Origin: a virus
Lineage: Duplodnaviria; Caudoviricetes
Length of the DNA: 34,097 nt
Virus record (IMG/VR): IMGVR_UViG_3300042938_000405
Coordinates: 1 to 34,097 of that record
Direction: 5' to 3' (one strand)
Part shown: positions 20,201 to 27,016 of the stretch, in pieces
Numbering within the stretch: the stretch's first letter is position 1
How the letters are laid out: every line of letters begins with the position of its first letter
The notes under the pieces: generated by a model
Told to the model about the DNA's origin: nothing
What the model saw: only the letters and a program-made list of their open reading frames with translations
The model's database searches: none
Translations under genes and position numbers: made by a program

Positions 20201-20490
20201 CCACCAGCATACCTAAAATATTCACGAGTTGAAAATTTATTTCGCTCTAAAGAATCAGTAAAGGCATCGCTAGAACTTTTAATATCTTTAATACTTGCTT
20301 GAAATTTTCCAGTTGCATTTACACTATTTATAAGATTGCTTGTTAAGTTGGCTTGAGCCCTTGCTGCCGCTTTGTTGCTTGTTGCAATTGCGTTATTAAA
20401 CTGAGCAAGTTGTGCTTGAAGTGATTTTAGTTGTGCAAGCGCTTGAGAGGCATCAAGGTTAACTTGAATATTCGATTGTACATCAGCCAC
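11236..20490 (-). CDS. Tail tape measure protein (3084 aa) with inserted cargo domains
   Basis: Longest ORF, directly after the tail tube and chaperones; TP901-type core (DFLNAVENQT...DVEDLAFFMTAMKEGGINASEGANALKSGLASL...RARAIEQLFGK), coiled coils, hydrophobic and Gly-zipper segments; SD GAGGTG before GTG. Confidence 0.95.
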   Translation of the reverse strand: MADVQSNIQVNLDASQALAQLKSLQAQLAQFNNAIATSNKAAARAQANLTSNLINSVNATGKFQASIKDIKSSSDAFTDSLERNKFSTREYFRYAGGATKSFGRLFKTEFNTIGKVAEERVKTMQTQYIKMGRDANGAIKAIAVKPLALDMNNLATKTALAAQKQQLLNQLLKQGSTNLLNFGKNTQWAGRQLMVGFTVPLSMLAVSAGKTFMALEKQAIRFKRVYGEMFTTTDETNKALREVELLAKQFTKYGVAVEKTMQIAADAAATGKMGADLIAQVAEATRLAVLGGVEQEQALETTISLTNAFGIEADKLRSKIDFLNAVENQTVLNIEDLTIAIPKAAPVIRQLGGDVEDLAFFMTAMKEGGINASEGANALKSGLASLINPSKKAAAFLLDLGVNINGIVESNKGDIQSTVVEFAQALDTLDPLNRARAIEQLFGKFQFSRLSTLFQNITKDGTQASRTLKLSGASVQELAILSERELKKVEDATGTKFKKSMEDLKLTLAPIGEQFLKAVTPIVEFIGKIIEKFNGLSDGVKSGIVKFIGLVGLVGPALLMTFGLVANGVANIIKLFVTLRKGFANLGGQSKMLGNQTQYMTSEQIEATTVAASLDQAHSRLRQTFLLEAQAANQLTIAYQRGVVAANNFARTSPGMMRPGFTPRKFNEGGVVPGTGNTDTVPAMLTPGEFVVNKEAAQENRGLLPALNKGGFALRSLGTKMLNGYDRSLPKMRPGSIEYAKAFVAKRKAQQSFLGMPAQNVKKAQERQTKQVELDKIATETYKSPRAKTMLVTNPGERVSPSTGRSFPSSSVGGVYRKPNGDMVFVKPMVSEKAALAEMRATEIARDVHGLVSPQQKLTLIADPNDPTGHRRYFALESKVDPRIANVPQEFTKEQTIKQLVASTLRGDKDLAPGNIGGNVLADTGPAGVFSRASGPKTEYAAKMPSMEEQAMVNLLGVSGGARKFFAQSTSGIAKQMSPVEYDRLMRKEINEILPKLKTKIGGMNLTPEEIPVYEAMIARLEAGSKVDWSKFQAIHAAALNKGGFVERAFGTDYDFVDPKHFITPTVSASSGVSKTVMMHFEDAHQQLDPRLYHNFYNDDPTSAKFNNRISSGVTIIGPEGYNQLTNALNGSNPKIPLGNISEPYPLTYKDAVKTKHALQARIRYDKILYDRAILEGAKKEEILKITSRQKLARIALAELVADARTIGKKPTPEKAWNSAISNRYGLTTAALEGEDPTRRGQANSIYAKKVRDFEHAIAPPPRGLGLRGNALRSHLQTVALSDWQETTDASGRKVPALLRDKSASAREKSFGSKLAMGSPKSNPGSRLGGILEEEIASRLTAIRNGRGNQEEHYQKIRSLLALSGRTFGPTGSLVLTKAREALATRSGIAFAFPYTTRRRSLGTPGYGEPETVPALLTPGEFIASPALAQKVGPALQYINAGGKIEQRSNGTIVPGTGNKDTVPMILSKGSFVVNKGSTEENKGFLQRLNKGGFVLRGEGNPFDNVGVYDPDQLETITPDMTPEQRKHTEQRNREIARRVRTTKVINKIDAIVEKTPIGEKHRAKQQQEEDRQKQEEDEIKRANQRAVDEIKDKDTIQKAEKELIKHKNKIKKIDYQIAEAKKAGDTDRLASLKRARENAVQERKNAGQAMNSARETARLNREMNSPQLLPQTNKDAKKDAKMQRREKGRQIGQRAGGAMMGASMAMGALSMAPGKTGEIAQTIMPIVGLASMVAPMIGSPLGAVVAPLAAFGAAVIALNVIFDNAQAAALKLGETTGTSTKAINQYAQFSNRVTGSEIQNRKRIEQASGLPIKPGKTTFGQAYVQTKEGQESIAAIGQTIINDKKGGREKATKDLSAQLITSVLSGALSSSEAQSIAANIGVQMKDHTIGMTVAAEIQGIFGKDGKDLLKEGVDLQVRLMADSSKNFTSKNSNFDKLNQQSEKGLSAFGTKTNVGGMVAAGAGAGAAIGAGIGSFIPVPVLGTAIGALVGTAVGGIVGGVGAFFANKKNVKKMGALSGAAIADAQGMFEQSKQLLDAHQEQYESKRQELILQNKIGEATKLQLKYEKERADLTAQTKSQREDFSKAYAGSTGTFRGSLDKGYKKALKSKYKGTADEAYVDAAITGMDDLKDKTFTKTDKKTGKQVTEKILTDEERGVLIAESMGGTLSPQAQSAITNQMSGQYQADAIDVVKNFGGQVATQAIGVTNAMNEGPNTALNERNKQEFMFELKTKGTDKEAQDFANLVQEFTQLNGPMKLDTEMEFFLKMPDEDKLKLANDLQKIKDTKKVKKIEFLSEVKISENAVDQKYLQGLTDEQAKIYLQTIKKVLTIDVATVVNSPEFQAWLKDKGKEHKGKDPGFQVEKYAEYMGNVKTEVAKAEGIGAPKPPGSGGSAKRDDRFDDMLKKLKLFQLASVKATGGLKELERVMNSKPKSGGSAWMKFEGTLGQIRKLAKKKVGKKETALVGGKQVSAEYQDLIENLSPEELQDPKILKKYGLQTDKKGKVTGLDEARVNVIEKGLVAGQTGQQVNDIVKNLQKQKNINEAVNKLRVSGMRYEEAINFVSTEGIAIAINKGEFTKEQVKNLVKLSEEQRKANFEQKRFTDVAQLDAAESQSKTLQMARMYIELQEKMIENEYVKEKTILDMQEGNNDYALELISRQEEKINESYDKQITALEEINRLREKENELTSKKMSIAAALSSGDMSAAATAMQDYREARIAQNARTRMEALQKAKENAIKSVTSPDGKSRTELEKLNQDIEQRRVDIENEIREKKIELDKITQTKMKLTRDQIDSAISTINLAIEALGPEAAKSYLKNIFTVLDGNAETTRQTVIKLNGDLDTFLAKMDKAREKAGKDPLLDNIPTPTPFTPTPPVGTPTGSGSLVTTPPAYNDDEGLYAGYNQDAETKATEAFLAAEKAKQDAIDVSLGRYFAGIDKKMPELKKPTTSTKNPVTAINYGNYLHLPIFKSMGGLIPKYMASGGLARGTDTVPAMLTPGEFVINRKATQEFGPLLSAINSPTFKTPEAMSSIKNLSGSQTEVNNSKTLYNYNLSVNVSNSNANPNDIARTVINQIKQIDNQRIRSL
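11440..11565 (-). repeat. TMP repeat copy, C-terminal (KYMASGGLARGTDTVPAMLTPGEFVINRKATQEFGPLLSAIN)
   Basis: Protein repeat; 11492-11529 matches 18419-18456 at 35 of 38 nt. Confidence 0.9.
15991..16299 (-). repeat. Two tandem TMP repeat copies (ETVPALLTPGEF...INAGG; VPGTGNKDTVPMILSKGSFVVN...LNKGG)
   Basis: Visible in the translation; shares CCTTTATTTAA (16016-16026) with other copies. Confidence 0.88.
17335..17376 (-). repeat. Partial TMP repeat (junction ALNKGGFVERAFGT)
   Basis: Matches ALNKGGFALRSLGT and RLNKGGFVLRGEG; CCTTTATTTAA at 17363-17373. Confidence 0.8.
17385..18110 (-). other. PI3K/PI4K/HipA-like kinase domain embedded in the TMP
   Basis: Ordered motifs: SVGGVY (Gly loop), VFVK827, E838 (helix C), GDKD910LAPGN915 (catalytic loop), LAD923TG (DFG equivalent), C-lobe ending MIARL. 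Confidence 0.72.
18334..18498 (-). repeat. TMP repeat copy 1 (KFNEGGVVPGTGNTDTVPAMLTPGEFVVN...LNKGGFALRSLGT)
   Basis: Visible in the translation; CCTTTATTTAA at 18362-18372. Confidence 0.9.
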
Positions 20491-20509
20491 TCATAACACC
20501 TCTTCTTGT

Positions 20510-20827
20510 TTACATATTTAGTAAAGAACCATCTGGAAGACTATTTCCAGACGCTGCCTCAACAATTTTATAAACTGTAGGCAAATCTAAGTTTTCCTCA
20601 AGGGCCTTTAGGTCTTCTGACAATTCAGGTTTATACTGTTGCATTGCAATTTGAACACATTCCATAAGAATGTTCATTGATTTCTCGTTATCTTCTGCTA
20701 CTGCTGCAATACCCTCAAACTTTTTCATAAAAGGACGAAGTAGTGAAATCTTTAACGGTCTAACGGAAACCTTTGTTCCGTCAATAAGAACAACTACATT
20801 CTCGTCTGTTTTTGTTGCTGCTGCCAT
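20510..20827 (-). CDS. Tail assembly chaperone, short (gpG-like, 105 aa)
   Basis: Between tail tube and TMP; SD AAGGAG; aligns with the N-terminal part of 20873-21580. Confidence 0.78.
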   Translation of the reverse strand: MAAATKTDENVVVLIDGTKVSVRPLKISLLRPFMKKFEGIAAVAEDNEKSMNILMECVQIAMQQYKPELSEDLKALEENLDLPTVYKIVEAASGNSLPDGSLLNM

Positions 20828-20854
20828 TTCTTTCTCCTTTTGTTAAGTTAGTCA

Positions 20855-20863
20855 ATTATATCA
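20855..20863 (-). promoter_or_regulatory. Extended -10 promoter TGATATAAT
   Basis: Perfect match in an intergenic gap upstream of SD AAGGAG (20834-20839). Confidence 0.72.
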
Positions 20864-20872
20864 TGAATACGT

Positions 20873-21580
20873 TTATTTTTTAGTTAAATCTTCATAATCT
20901 AAGCCCATTCCAATACCAAACCCTGCTCTTGCTGCATTAGGACCTTGCAATGATAATACGTCATTACCGTCACTTGTTTGTCCACCACTAAAGACTCTTG
21001 CTTTCATGTCTTCCCATTCTTTTTGTCCCCTGCCACTTTCACTGTTTTTATCTAAATCTACTCCTTGAATTGCTGCCAAAAACTTTTTTTCTTCATAATC
21101 TAAATCTCTTTTTGAAGACAAGGTTTGCATTAATTCTGGAATAGAAAGAGATGCCTCTAACTCTTCATAGTTTTTCCATATCCCTAAAGTAAAAACTTCT
21201 GCTTCTAATTTTGCTAAATCTAAATCAAGCCAGCCTTGATCTTTCTCTTTGCCTTTTGATATTTCTTTAATTGGCGCCTCTTCTTCTTTTGTTGTTTGTG
21301 GCTTTATCTTAATTCCGGCTGCAATTTCAACAATATCATAAAGGGTATTAAGATCAACATGTTCTTCTAAATCTAAAAATAAACCAGGATTGTATTGTTT
21401 CATGCAGACCCTAGAACATTCTAATAAAATTTCAATAGATTCATCATCATTTTTTGAACTTTCCATGCCAATAAATATATCCATAAACTCTCTCATGTAT
21501 TTAATCTTTAAAGGAGAGCACTCAAGAACTTGATTGTTTAGTAATACAATTTGAGATGTTTTAAAAACTTTTGTAGCCAT
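20873..21580 (-). CDS. Tail assembly chaperone, long (gpGT-like fusion, 235 aa)
   Basis: Directly after the tail tube gene; G-like N-terminal domain, charged linker, then helical WKNYEELEASLSIPEL domain in the gpT position. Confidence 0.75.
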   Translation of the reverse strand: MATKVFKTSQIVLLNNQVLECSPLKIKYMREFMDIFIGMESSKNDDESIEILLECSRVCMKQYNPGLFLDLEEHVDLNTLYDIVEIAAGIKIKPQTTKEEEAPIKEISKGKEKDQGWLDLDLAKLEAEVFTLGIWKNYEELEASLSIPELMQTLSSKRDLDYEEKKFLAAIQGVDLDKNSESGRGQKEWEDMKARVFSGGQTSDGNDVLSLQGPNAARAGFGIGMGLDYEDLTKK

Positions 21581-21586
21581 TAGTTA

Positions 21587-21595
21587 ATTTTAGCA
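21587..21595 (-). promoter_or_regulatory. Extended -10 promoter TGCTAAAAT, leaderless
   Basis: 6 nt before ATG 21580 with no SD; immediately after a terminator. Confidence 0.68.
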
Positions 21596-21596
21596 T

Positions 21597-21636
21597 AAAA
21601 CAACAAAACCCACTCCCGTTATGAGAGTGGGTTATT
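21597..21636 (-). terminator. Rho-independent terminator after the tail tube gene
   Basis: Minus strand ACCCACTCTC-ATAAC-GGGAGTGGGT hairpin followed by TTTGTTGTTTT. Confidence 0.85.
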
Positions 21637-21650
21637 GTTTACTTTTTTAC

Positions 21651-22316
21651 TTAGGCACCGACGTAGTTAGTACCAGATCCATCATAGAAGGTACGATCAA
21701 CGATCTTACCGTATGTTGCTGTTGAATCATCTGGAAGCATACGGAATGAAACTTCAAACATAGAAGCCTCTTCACGCTTTGCTGAAACTGTAACTGCCTC
21801 AATTGAAAGAGCACGATATCCAACATATACACGCTCTACTGAGTCAGACTTGTCTCCATCACCAGTTCCTGGACCACATGCAACAAGACCACGCTCAAGT
21901 GGTACTTCTCCAATATCTCCTGCTGAGAGTTGAAGAGTACGACCTGCTGATGTATTCTTTGTTCCAGTTAATGCTGCATCTTTTCCTGCGGTTGCAAGAA
22001 GTAAATTTTCTAATGTTGCTTCGGCAAAAGCGGTAGCAAGAGAAACTTGCATTCCCTGCTTGTATAGTTTAGCAACGTCAAGAACCTGATCTACGGCTAC
22101 CTCGCCGAAATCTGGTGTGAAGGTCAATTCAAGACCATTCATTGTATAGCCAACATTTGTAAAGTCTGGGTCTGCAGAAAGTGTAGATTTGTAAGACTCT
22201 GTAGCAACAAATGATGGAATTGCTGTTGCACCTGTTGGTGTAAGTTTGTAGTCTGCAACGAAAATTGCTGCTGCACCTACGATAATATTTGTAGACGTAC
22301 CACGTGAATATGCCAT
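21651..22316 (-). CDS. Major tail (tube) protein (221 aa)
   Basis: NIIVGAAAIF...VGYTMNGLELTFTP...VDQ...FAEATLENL...FEVSFRMLPD siphoviral tube pattern; own promoter, strong SD and terminator; capsid-like codon usage. Confidence 0.88.
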   Translation of the reverse strand: MAYSRGTSTNIIVGAAAIFVADYKLTPTGATAIPSFVATESYKSTLSADPDFTNVGYTMNGLELTFTPDFGEVAVDQVLDVAKLYKQGMQVSLATAFAEATLENLLLATAGKDAALTGTKNTSAGRTLQLSAGDIGEVPLERGLVACGPGTGDGDKSDSVERVYVGYRALSIEAVTVSAKREEASMFEVSFRMLPDDSTATYGKIVDRTFYDGSGTNYVGA

Positions 22317-22386
22317 TTTTAACTCCTTTTTTCAATTTTTTTTCTATATTAAGTTATCAAGACATTATTAGTGCCTTCTCTAAACT

Positions 22387-22395
22387 ATTATATCA
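22387..22395 (-). promoter_or_regulatory. Extended -10 promoter TGATATAAT for the tail tube gene
   Basis: Perfect match 6 nt after the upstream stop; followed by an A-rich leader and SD AAGGAG (22323-22328). Confidence 0.72.
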
Positions 22396-22401
22396 GCCTT
22401 T

Positions 22402-22986
22402 TTATGTATAATATGGGGCTAGGTCATTTATAGTATGATAGTCATACTCAATAATAAACTTATTCAAGGTAAGCCCACGTAGGGAAGATAGTTCTGTTAG
22501 GTCTCTAACTTCTTCTAGTTGGTAGACCTTTATGTCATGGAAATAGACATTTCTAATCAAAGGCACTGATAAATCTAAAAGAGGAGTTTCTCCATCTTGT
22601 TTTTTCATTGTCCATCTATTTAGGTCTTCGGCTGCTGCATCTGCTCTATCTAGTAATTGAGATAAAATTGTGCTAACATCTAAAATTTTGCTGGGAGTTG
22701 AATATACATAATACAACAACTGCTCACACTTGAGAGGATACAAACCACTTCTTCTATACCTAATAAGTCTGTCATATTGAACAATTACGTCTGGCTGTGT
22801 ATTTAATGCAATGCCTTCATCATCATATTGCGTTGGTATGTCCACTCTGTTTTTGCTTAAGTCATCAATTGCTGCTGCGTTAGATGGTATTGTCAAAACA
22901 CTAAGGCCGTATTCATTTAATGCTGCTTGAATAAAAGCATTTATCCAAATTGGTGGAAAGGGTAAGTTTATTATATCTTTTGCCAT
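22402..22986 (-). CDS. Putative tail terminator/completion protein (194 aa)
   Basis: Directly upstream of the tail tube gene; SD GGAGGT; assignment by synteny. Confidence 0.62.
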   Translation of the reverse strand: MAKDIINLPFPPIWINAFIQAALNEYGLSVLTIPSNAAAIDDLSKNRVDIPTQYDDEGIALNTQPDVIVQYDRLIRYRRSGLYPLKCEQLLYYVYSTPSKILDVSTILSQLLDRADAAAEDLNRWTMKKQDGETPLLDLSVPLIRNVYFHDIKVYQLEEVRDLTELSSLRGLTLNKFIIEYDYHTINDLAPYYT

Positions 22987-22987
22987 T

Positions 22988-23665
22988 TTACTCTACCTCC
23001 ACATTAATGTTTGTAATCCAACGATAGCCAACTTCTCTACCCTTTGATTTTCCAATATTTGATCCTGCCCTTAAATTCTTTTTGTATACTTGTGGATTGC
23101 TTAAATGATCATAAATTCCAGAAGCCCTTAAGAATGTTTGTTTAAAATAATAATTCATAAAGTTATCAAATGTTTTTTCATAGGAACCTTGAACCCAGTC
23201 TCCTCCAGGATTTGAAACATTGACTGGATTTTTTGTAAAAATTTGTTCTCCACCAACATTAAAAGAAAGTACAGAAGCGTTTCTCGGTTTAATCACAACT
23301 GGTTGACCATACTCCATAATTCTTGCCTTGTTGTAGAACGGAACCAAAGAACCTTGCTTAATTGATGTTGATTGTTTGAAATCAGACTTAATAGACAATC
23401 CAAGATTGCTTACGGTATGTGTAACTTCAAAAAGTCTTTTAGACGCCATTCCAACCTTGCCCCATTCATAAACGTGGTGCATAGACATTGGATCCATTTT
23501 TGCATTTGCATCAACAAACATCTTTAATGCTTCTACTGTGTCTTTTCCTAAGTTATTTAAAAATACCGTTTTTCCTTTTTGTGCCCCTTCAAAAAATCCG
23601 AAAGAGTAATTAACAATATTATTCATCTTTTTCATAAATTTTTTATCATCAAATTTAACTTGCAT
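22988..23665 (-). CDS. Putative neck/tail completion protein (225 aa)
   Basis: Basic protein with HHVYEW, KARIMEYG and VSNPGG motifs in the HK97-gp10-like position; synteny. Confidence 0.62.
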   Translation of the reverse strand: MQVKFDDKKFMKKMNNIVNYSFGFFEGAQKGKTVFLNNLGKDTVEALKMFVDANAKMDPMSMHHVYEWGKVGMASKRLFEVTHTVSNLGLSIKSDFKQSTSIKQGSLVPFYNKARIMEYGQPVVIKPRNASVLSFNVGGEQIFTKNPVNVSNPGGDWVQGSYEKTFDNFMNYYFKQTFLRASGIYDHLSNPQVYKKNLRAGSNIGKSKGREVGYRWITNINVEVE

Positions 23666-24111
23666 TAGTCAGCCCCACTTTGATTTTCTGTTCTTCGTAA
23701 AACAACCTTATAATAATCTATTGTACCGAAAGGGTTTACAACTGGATCGTAGGTGGCAATTTCATAGATTGTGCCTTTTCCAGAACGTTCTCCAGAAGTT
23801 TCTTGATATATAAGTTCATCCATACTGTTTCTTATGTTTGTAATAATAATGTTTGTAATTGAGTTATTATCTTTATTTGTTGATTTACGAATGTCATTTT
23901 TAATTCTTCCAATAAGCATGTTTTCATTTTTTGTAAAAACCTTTGCCTTAATATCTTCTGCTAATGCAGTTCCGCCTGGAGTAAAATTAACAATAACGCT
24001 TTTGTCAAAAATCCAATTCTTTAAACCAGAGCCATACATATCACGCTCAATAGTTGGATAGTATATATCTGCAATCATTGGATACAAAAAGTCTGTTGCT
24101 CCGCATGACAT
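23665..24111 (-). CDS. Putative head-tail stopper (148 aa)
   Basis: Size, beta-rich character and position after the adaptor; TAATG overlaps on both sides. Confidence 0.62.
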   Translation of the reverse strand: MSCGATDFLYPMIADIYYPTIERDMYGSGLKNWIFDKSVIVNFTPGGTALAEDIKAKVFTKNENMLIGRIKNDIRKSTNKDNNSITNIIITNIRNSMDELIYQETSGERSGKGTIYEIATYDPVVNPFGTIDYYKVVLRRTENQSGAD

Positions 24112-25037
24112 TACAAGACTCCGATTTTAACTCTGGAATCTGCTATATACTTTGAAAGGATTTTATCAACTAAAAGATTTCCAGTACCATTTAATATTGA
24201 TTTATCAAATTGAAGTCTAAATTGGTCTGTATTGTAACTAGTTACGTATCTCTTATAGTAATCAAGTTTGCCACAACGAATGTCATCTATTAACATTAAT
24301 GTTGCTTCTTTAATGTCAAGAGGAACTACTTTAAATCCCGTTTCTAAAACAAAAGTAAAATCTGATTGGTTGTCAAAAGAGTTGCCGTAGCCGATTGGTC
24401 CAAGCCAGTCTGACTGGGCAGTTGGTAAAAACAAAGGAGCCTGCTCTGATCTGTTATATTCTTCTCCTGGCAAATCTTTAATAACCGCAGTTCCATTATC
24501 ACTTAACTTAAAGGTAATTCCAAAAATTGCTGGGGTTGCTAGACTGCTGTCATAATGAAGAATGTTGTCTTGATATACTTTTAAAACTTTATGACTTTTA
24601 TAGTTAATTGGTGCATAGTCAGTTCCAAGTCCTACATACTCAATTATTTTCTTTTTATAATAAAATCCCTCTTCAAGAACTGCGTCAATAATAGATCTTG
24701 CTAAAAATTCTTGTTTTTTATATTCTGCAATTTCAGTTGCTGTAGTTGCTAAATCATTTGGATCAGCATATGGTCTATAAATTTCAAGGCTATCTTGAAC
24801 AACAATGTCTGCGCCTGCTCCACTTTCGGCTTCATAGATTGTAAGGGTATAAGATCCATCATATTTTACGTAGTCGTCATCTAAAACATAAGATATTTTT
24901 TTGTTGGCATTTGAGGTAACTTCTTCTTCAATTTCTGTAAAGTCTGGGCTTTCAATAACTAATAAATAATCAGCATAGGCACTTGGAACATCATAGGTAA
25001 TAGTGATTGGGTATGGCGGAAGTCTCAGTACTTGCAT
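24111..25037 (-). CDS. Putative head-tail adaptor (308 aa)
   Basis: ARSIID...ETGFKVVPLDIKEATLMLI...TGNLLVDKILSKY matches gp6/gp15-like adaptor termini. Confidence 0.72.
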   Translation of the reverse strand: MQVLRLPPYPITITYDVPSAYADYLLVIESPDFTEIEEEVTSNANKKISYVLDDDYVKYDGSYTLTIYEAESGAGADIVVQDSLEIYRPYADPNDLATTATEIAEYKKQEFLARSIIDAVLEEGFYYKKKIIEYVGLGTDYAPINYKSHKVLKVYQDNILHYDSSLATPAIFGITFKLSDNGTAVIKDLPGEEYNRSEQAPLFLPTAQSDWLGPIGYGNSFDNQSDFTFVLETGFKVVPLDIKEATLMLIDDIRCGKLDYYKRYVTSYNTDQFRLQFDKSILNGTGNLLVDKILSKYIADSRVKIGVL

Positions 25038-25261
25038 TATTTAATACCATAGTGCTTTGCAAGTTCTAAAGCGCTGGCCTCTCTAACTGATTTGTGTTGT
25101 AAGTATATATCAACAAACTCTGTTTTAACAATATTATAGCCTTGATCTATGTGTCCATACTTATCAAAATAAAGGTTTTTATCAGAGTAGATTACTGCCT
25201 GACTGTTTTGTTCTTTTACTTCAACAATCTTTTCTTGAGTTGTTTTCTTTACAGTTGACAT
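25037..25261 (-). CDS. Small hypothetical protein after the capsid gene (74 aa)
   Basis: SD AAGGAG, own promoter, TAATG coupling to the adaptor. Confidence 0.8.
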   Translation of the reverse strand: MSTVKKTTQEKIVEVKEQNSQAVIYSDKNLYFDKYGHIDQGYNIVKTEFVDIYLQHKSVREASALELAKHYGIK

Positions 25262-25278
25262 TTTACTCCTTTGTTATT

Positions 25279-25287
25279 ATTATATCA
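25279..25287 (-). promoter_or_regulatory. Extended -10 promoter TGATATAAT
   Basis: Perfect match right after the capsid terminator. Confidence 0.72.
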
Positions 25288-25294
25288 GATTTAA

Positions 25295-25326
25295 TTAAAA
25301 AGGGCAGAGAACGAATCCCCTGCCCT
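25295..25326 (-). terminator. Rho-independent terminator after the major capsid gene
   Basis: Minus strand AGGGCAGGGGA-TTCG-TTCTCTGCCCT followed by TTTTAA. Confidence 0.9.
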
Positions 25327-25343
25327 AGATAATTGCTTAATGA

Positions 25344-26456
25344 TTAGGAAGCAGCAATGTCCTTGTAGGCAATTGCATCTTCTTCTTCAATTTGAACACC
25401 AAAACGTACGAATACGGTGTATTCAATTGTATCTTTCTTTGGAACATATTGACGATTGACGGTAATATCCCGTTGGAATCCCCAAATACGGTTCTGTGGG
25501 AAAGTGAGATCGACATAATCTGCTGGGTAGTAAGGAACTTCCATTACGTCAACGCCAAGTACACGAGTGGTACGGGCTCCTCCGAATGTTTGTCCTACGC
25601 CATCAAGATAGTCTTGACGATTTGCTTGTGTGCTACCGTTACGGCTTGAGAAAGCCTCAGAAATAGCATCTGCAAGAGTACCGTTGTTACGTACGATGCT
25701 TTGGAAAACATCTGTACCTGCATAGAACTTAAGATTGTTCTTAAGTGCACGATACTTACGTGGCATTGCATTGATAATGCCTTGCATAACTGGAGTTGTC
25801 CAGTTATCGCTTGTAACTGCTGGAAGAACTGAATCGTGTGCATCTCCATTAGTTGTAGTTTTCTTAACAAAGCCTTCCATAATAGAAAGGAATGATCCTG
25901 TTGAACCATCTCCGTTAATAGCCAAGTCTTCGATATCATTACCGAATGCGTTGGTCATCAAACGAACAAGATGATCTTCAAGAGCAGCCCCTTCAATATT
26001 ATCTTCTAGACCTTCTGATGTAACTTCCCAATCAAGACGAATCTTTTTGGTTGTCAATTCTACTTTAGAAAAAGTAGCACCAGCGTTTGTATATGCACCA
26101 CTGCCTTGAGCAGCAGCACGAATTACACGCTCACCAACGTTAACTTTTTCAAGTTCCATTGTATTTGCTCGCATTGTAACTCTACGTCCGTCTTTTGCAA
26201 GAACAGTTGCATCCCAAACATAGTCAATAAATTGACGAGCCTGTTCAGGTCGTAGAATTCCACTACCTGCTGCACCCGAAGGATTTACAGCGTTTGGTCC
26301 GGATGTGATTCCAGAAAGAGCCGTAGGAATATTTCCTAAGATTCCTGATGCTGGAGTTGATACTCCACCAATTCCACCGGAGGCAAATCCACCCTCAGCG
26401 TTATAAGCGCCTGGTACGGAAACTCCTGGTTGATTTTTAATGATTTCTTCTGACAT
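25344..26456 (-). CDS. Major capsid protein, HK97 fold (370 aa)
   Basis: GILRPEQARQFID, VTSEGLEDNIEG, FGNDIEDLAINGDG, QRDITVNRQY; start moved to ATG 26456 behind SD GGAGGTG; follows protease/scaffold. Confidence 0.93.
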   Translation of the reverse strand: MSEEIIKNQPGVSVPGAYNAEGGFASGGIGGVSTPASGILGNIPTALSGITSGPNAVNPSGAAGSGILRPEQARQFIDYVWDATVLAKDGRRVTMRANTMELEKVNVGERVIRAAAQGSGAYTNAGATFSKVELTTKKIRLDWEVTSEGLEDNIEGAALEDHLVRLMTNAFGNDIEDLAINGDGSTGSFLSIMEGFVKKTTTNGDAHDSVLPAVTSDNWTTPVMQGIINAMPRKYRALKNNLKFYAGTDVFQSIVRNNGTLADAISEAFSSRNGSTQANRQDYLDGVGQTFGGARTTRVLGVDVMEVPYYPADYVDLTFPQNRIWGFQRDITVNRQYVPKKDTIEYTVFVRFGVQIEEEDAIAYKDIAAS

Positions 26457-26479
26457 ATTGTTCACCTCCAAGTGAATTT

Positions 26480-27016
26480 CTACTTAAACAGGTCGGAGTC
26501 TGTGAGGAACCGTCCGCCCCATATTGATTTTTGAACCATCTCTGGTTCCTGAACAATCTCACCGAGATCGCCAGACTTGCGGAAAGCGGTGTCTTGCTCT
26601 ACAGCATCCACTCTCTTTCCAAATTCATTGTAAGAATCCTTAACTTCTTTAACCTCACCGGAAATGTTTTGGATTGACTTACTTAGATCAGCAATTTGAG
26701 CCTGTAGGCTTAATACAGTCTCTTCATTTAATGATTTAACCATTGCTGTTAGATCGCCAAAGGCATTAGCAAGAGTATTCTTGATTTCAGCAATTGCTTC
26801 AACTGCAGTGTCATCAGATTTAGCGATCTCTTCTGTTTTTTCAACAGTCTCGACAACTTCTTCTGATTTAACAATCTCAGTTTCAACAACTGCCTCATTT
26901 GTTTCAACTGCAACAGTTTCTGCAACTTCAGCATCTACGCTTTTAGTTACAACTGTCTCAGTTGCCTCTGGTACGACCTCAACATTATCAACAACGTTTG
27001 TTGTCTCTTCTGTCAT
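26480..27016 (-). CDS. Nested in-frame scaffolding protein (178 aa) from an internal start
   Basis: AAGGAGGT at 27024-27031, 7 nt before in-frame ATG 27016 (MTEETT...), where composition switches to E/V/T-rich. Confidence 0.72.
   Translation of the reverse strand: MTEETTNVVDNVEVVPEATETVVTKSVDAEVAETVAVETNEAVVETEIVKSEEVVETVEKTEEIAKSDDTAVEAIAEIKNTLANAFGDLTAMVKSLNEETVLSLQAQIADLSKSIQNISGEVKEVKDSYNEFGKRVDAVEQDTAFRKSGDLGEIVQEPEMVQKSIWGGRFLTDSDLFK

Noticed and set aside
22325-22345. Poly-T (minus-strand poly-A) tracts as a phase-variation site
   Set aside because: Non-coding A-rich leader upstream of a strong SD; consistent with an ordinary translational enhancer.
25595-25939. 114-aa minus-strand ORF in an alternative frame inside the capsid gene (also 940, 6982, 9379, 9847, 21647, 22129, 26749)
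   Set aside because: Fully or almost fully nested in well-supported genes, with no initiation signals or recognisable motifs.
21651-26456. Higher GC and different codon choice in capsid and tail tube genes as horizontal transfer
   Set aside because: More simply explained by codon optimisation of highly expressed genes; synteny is intact.
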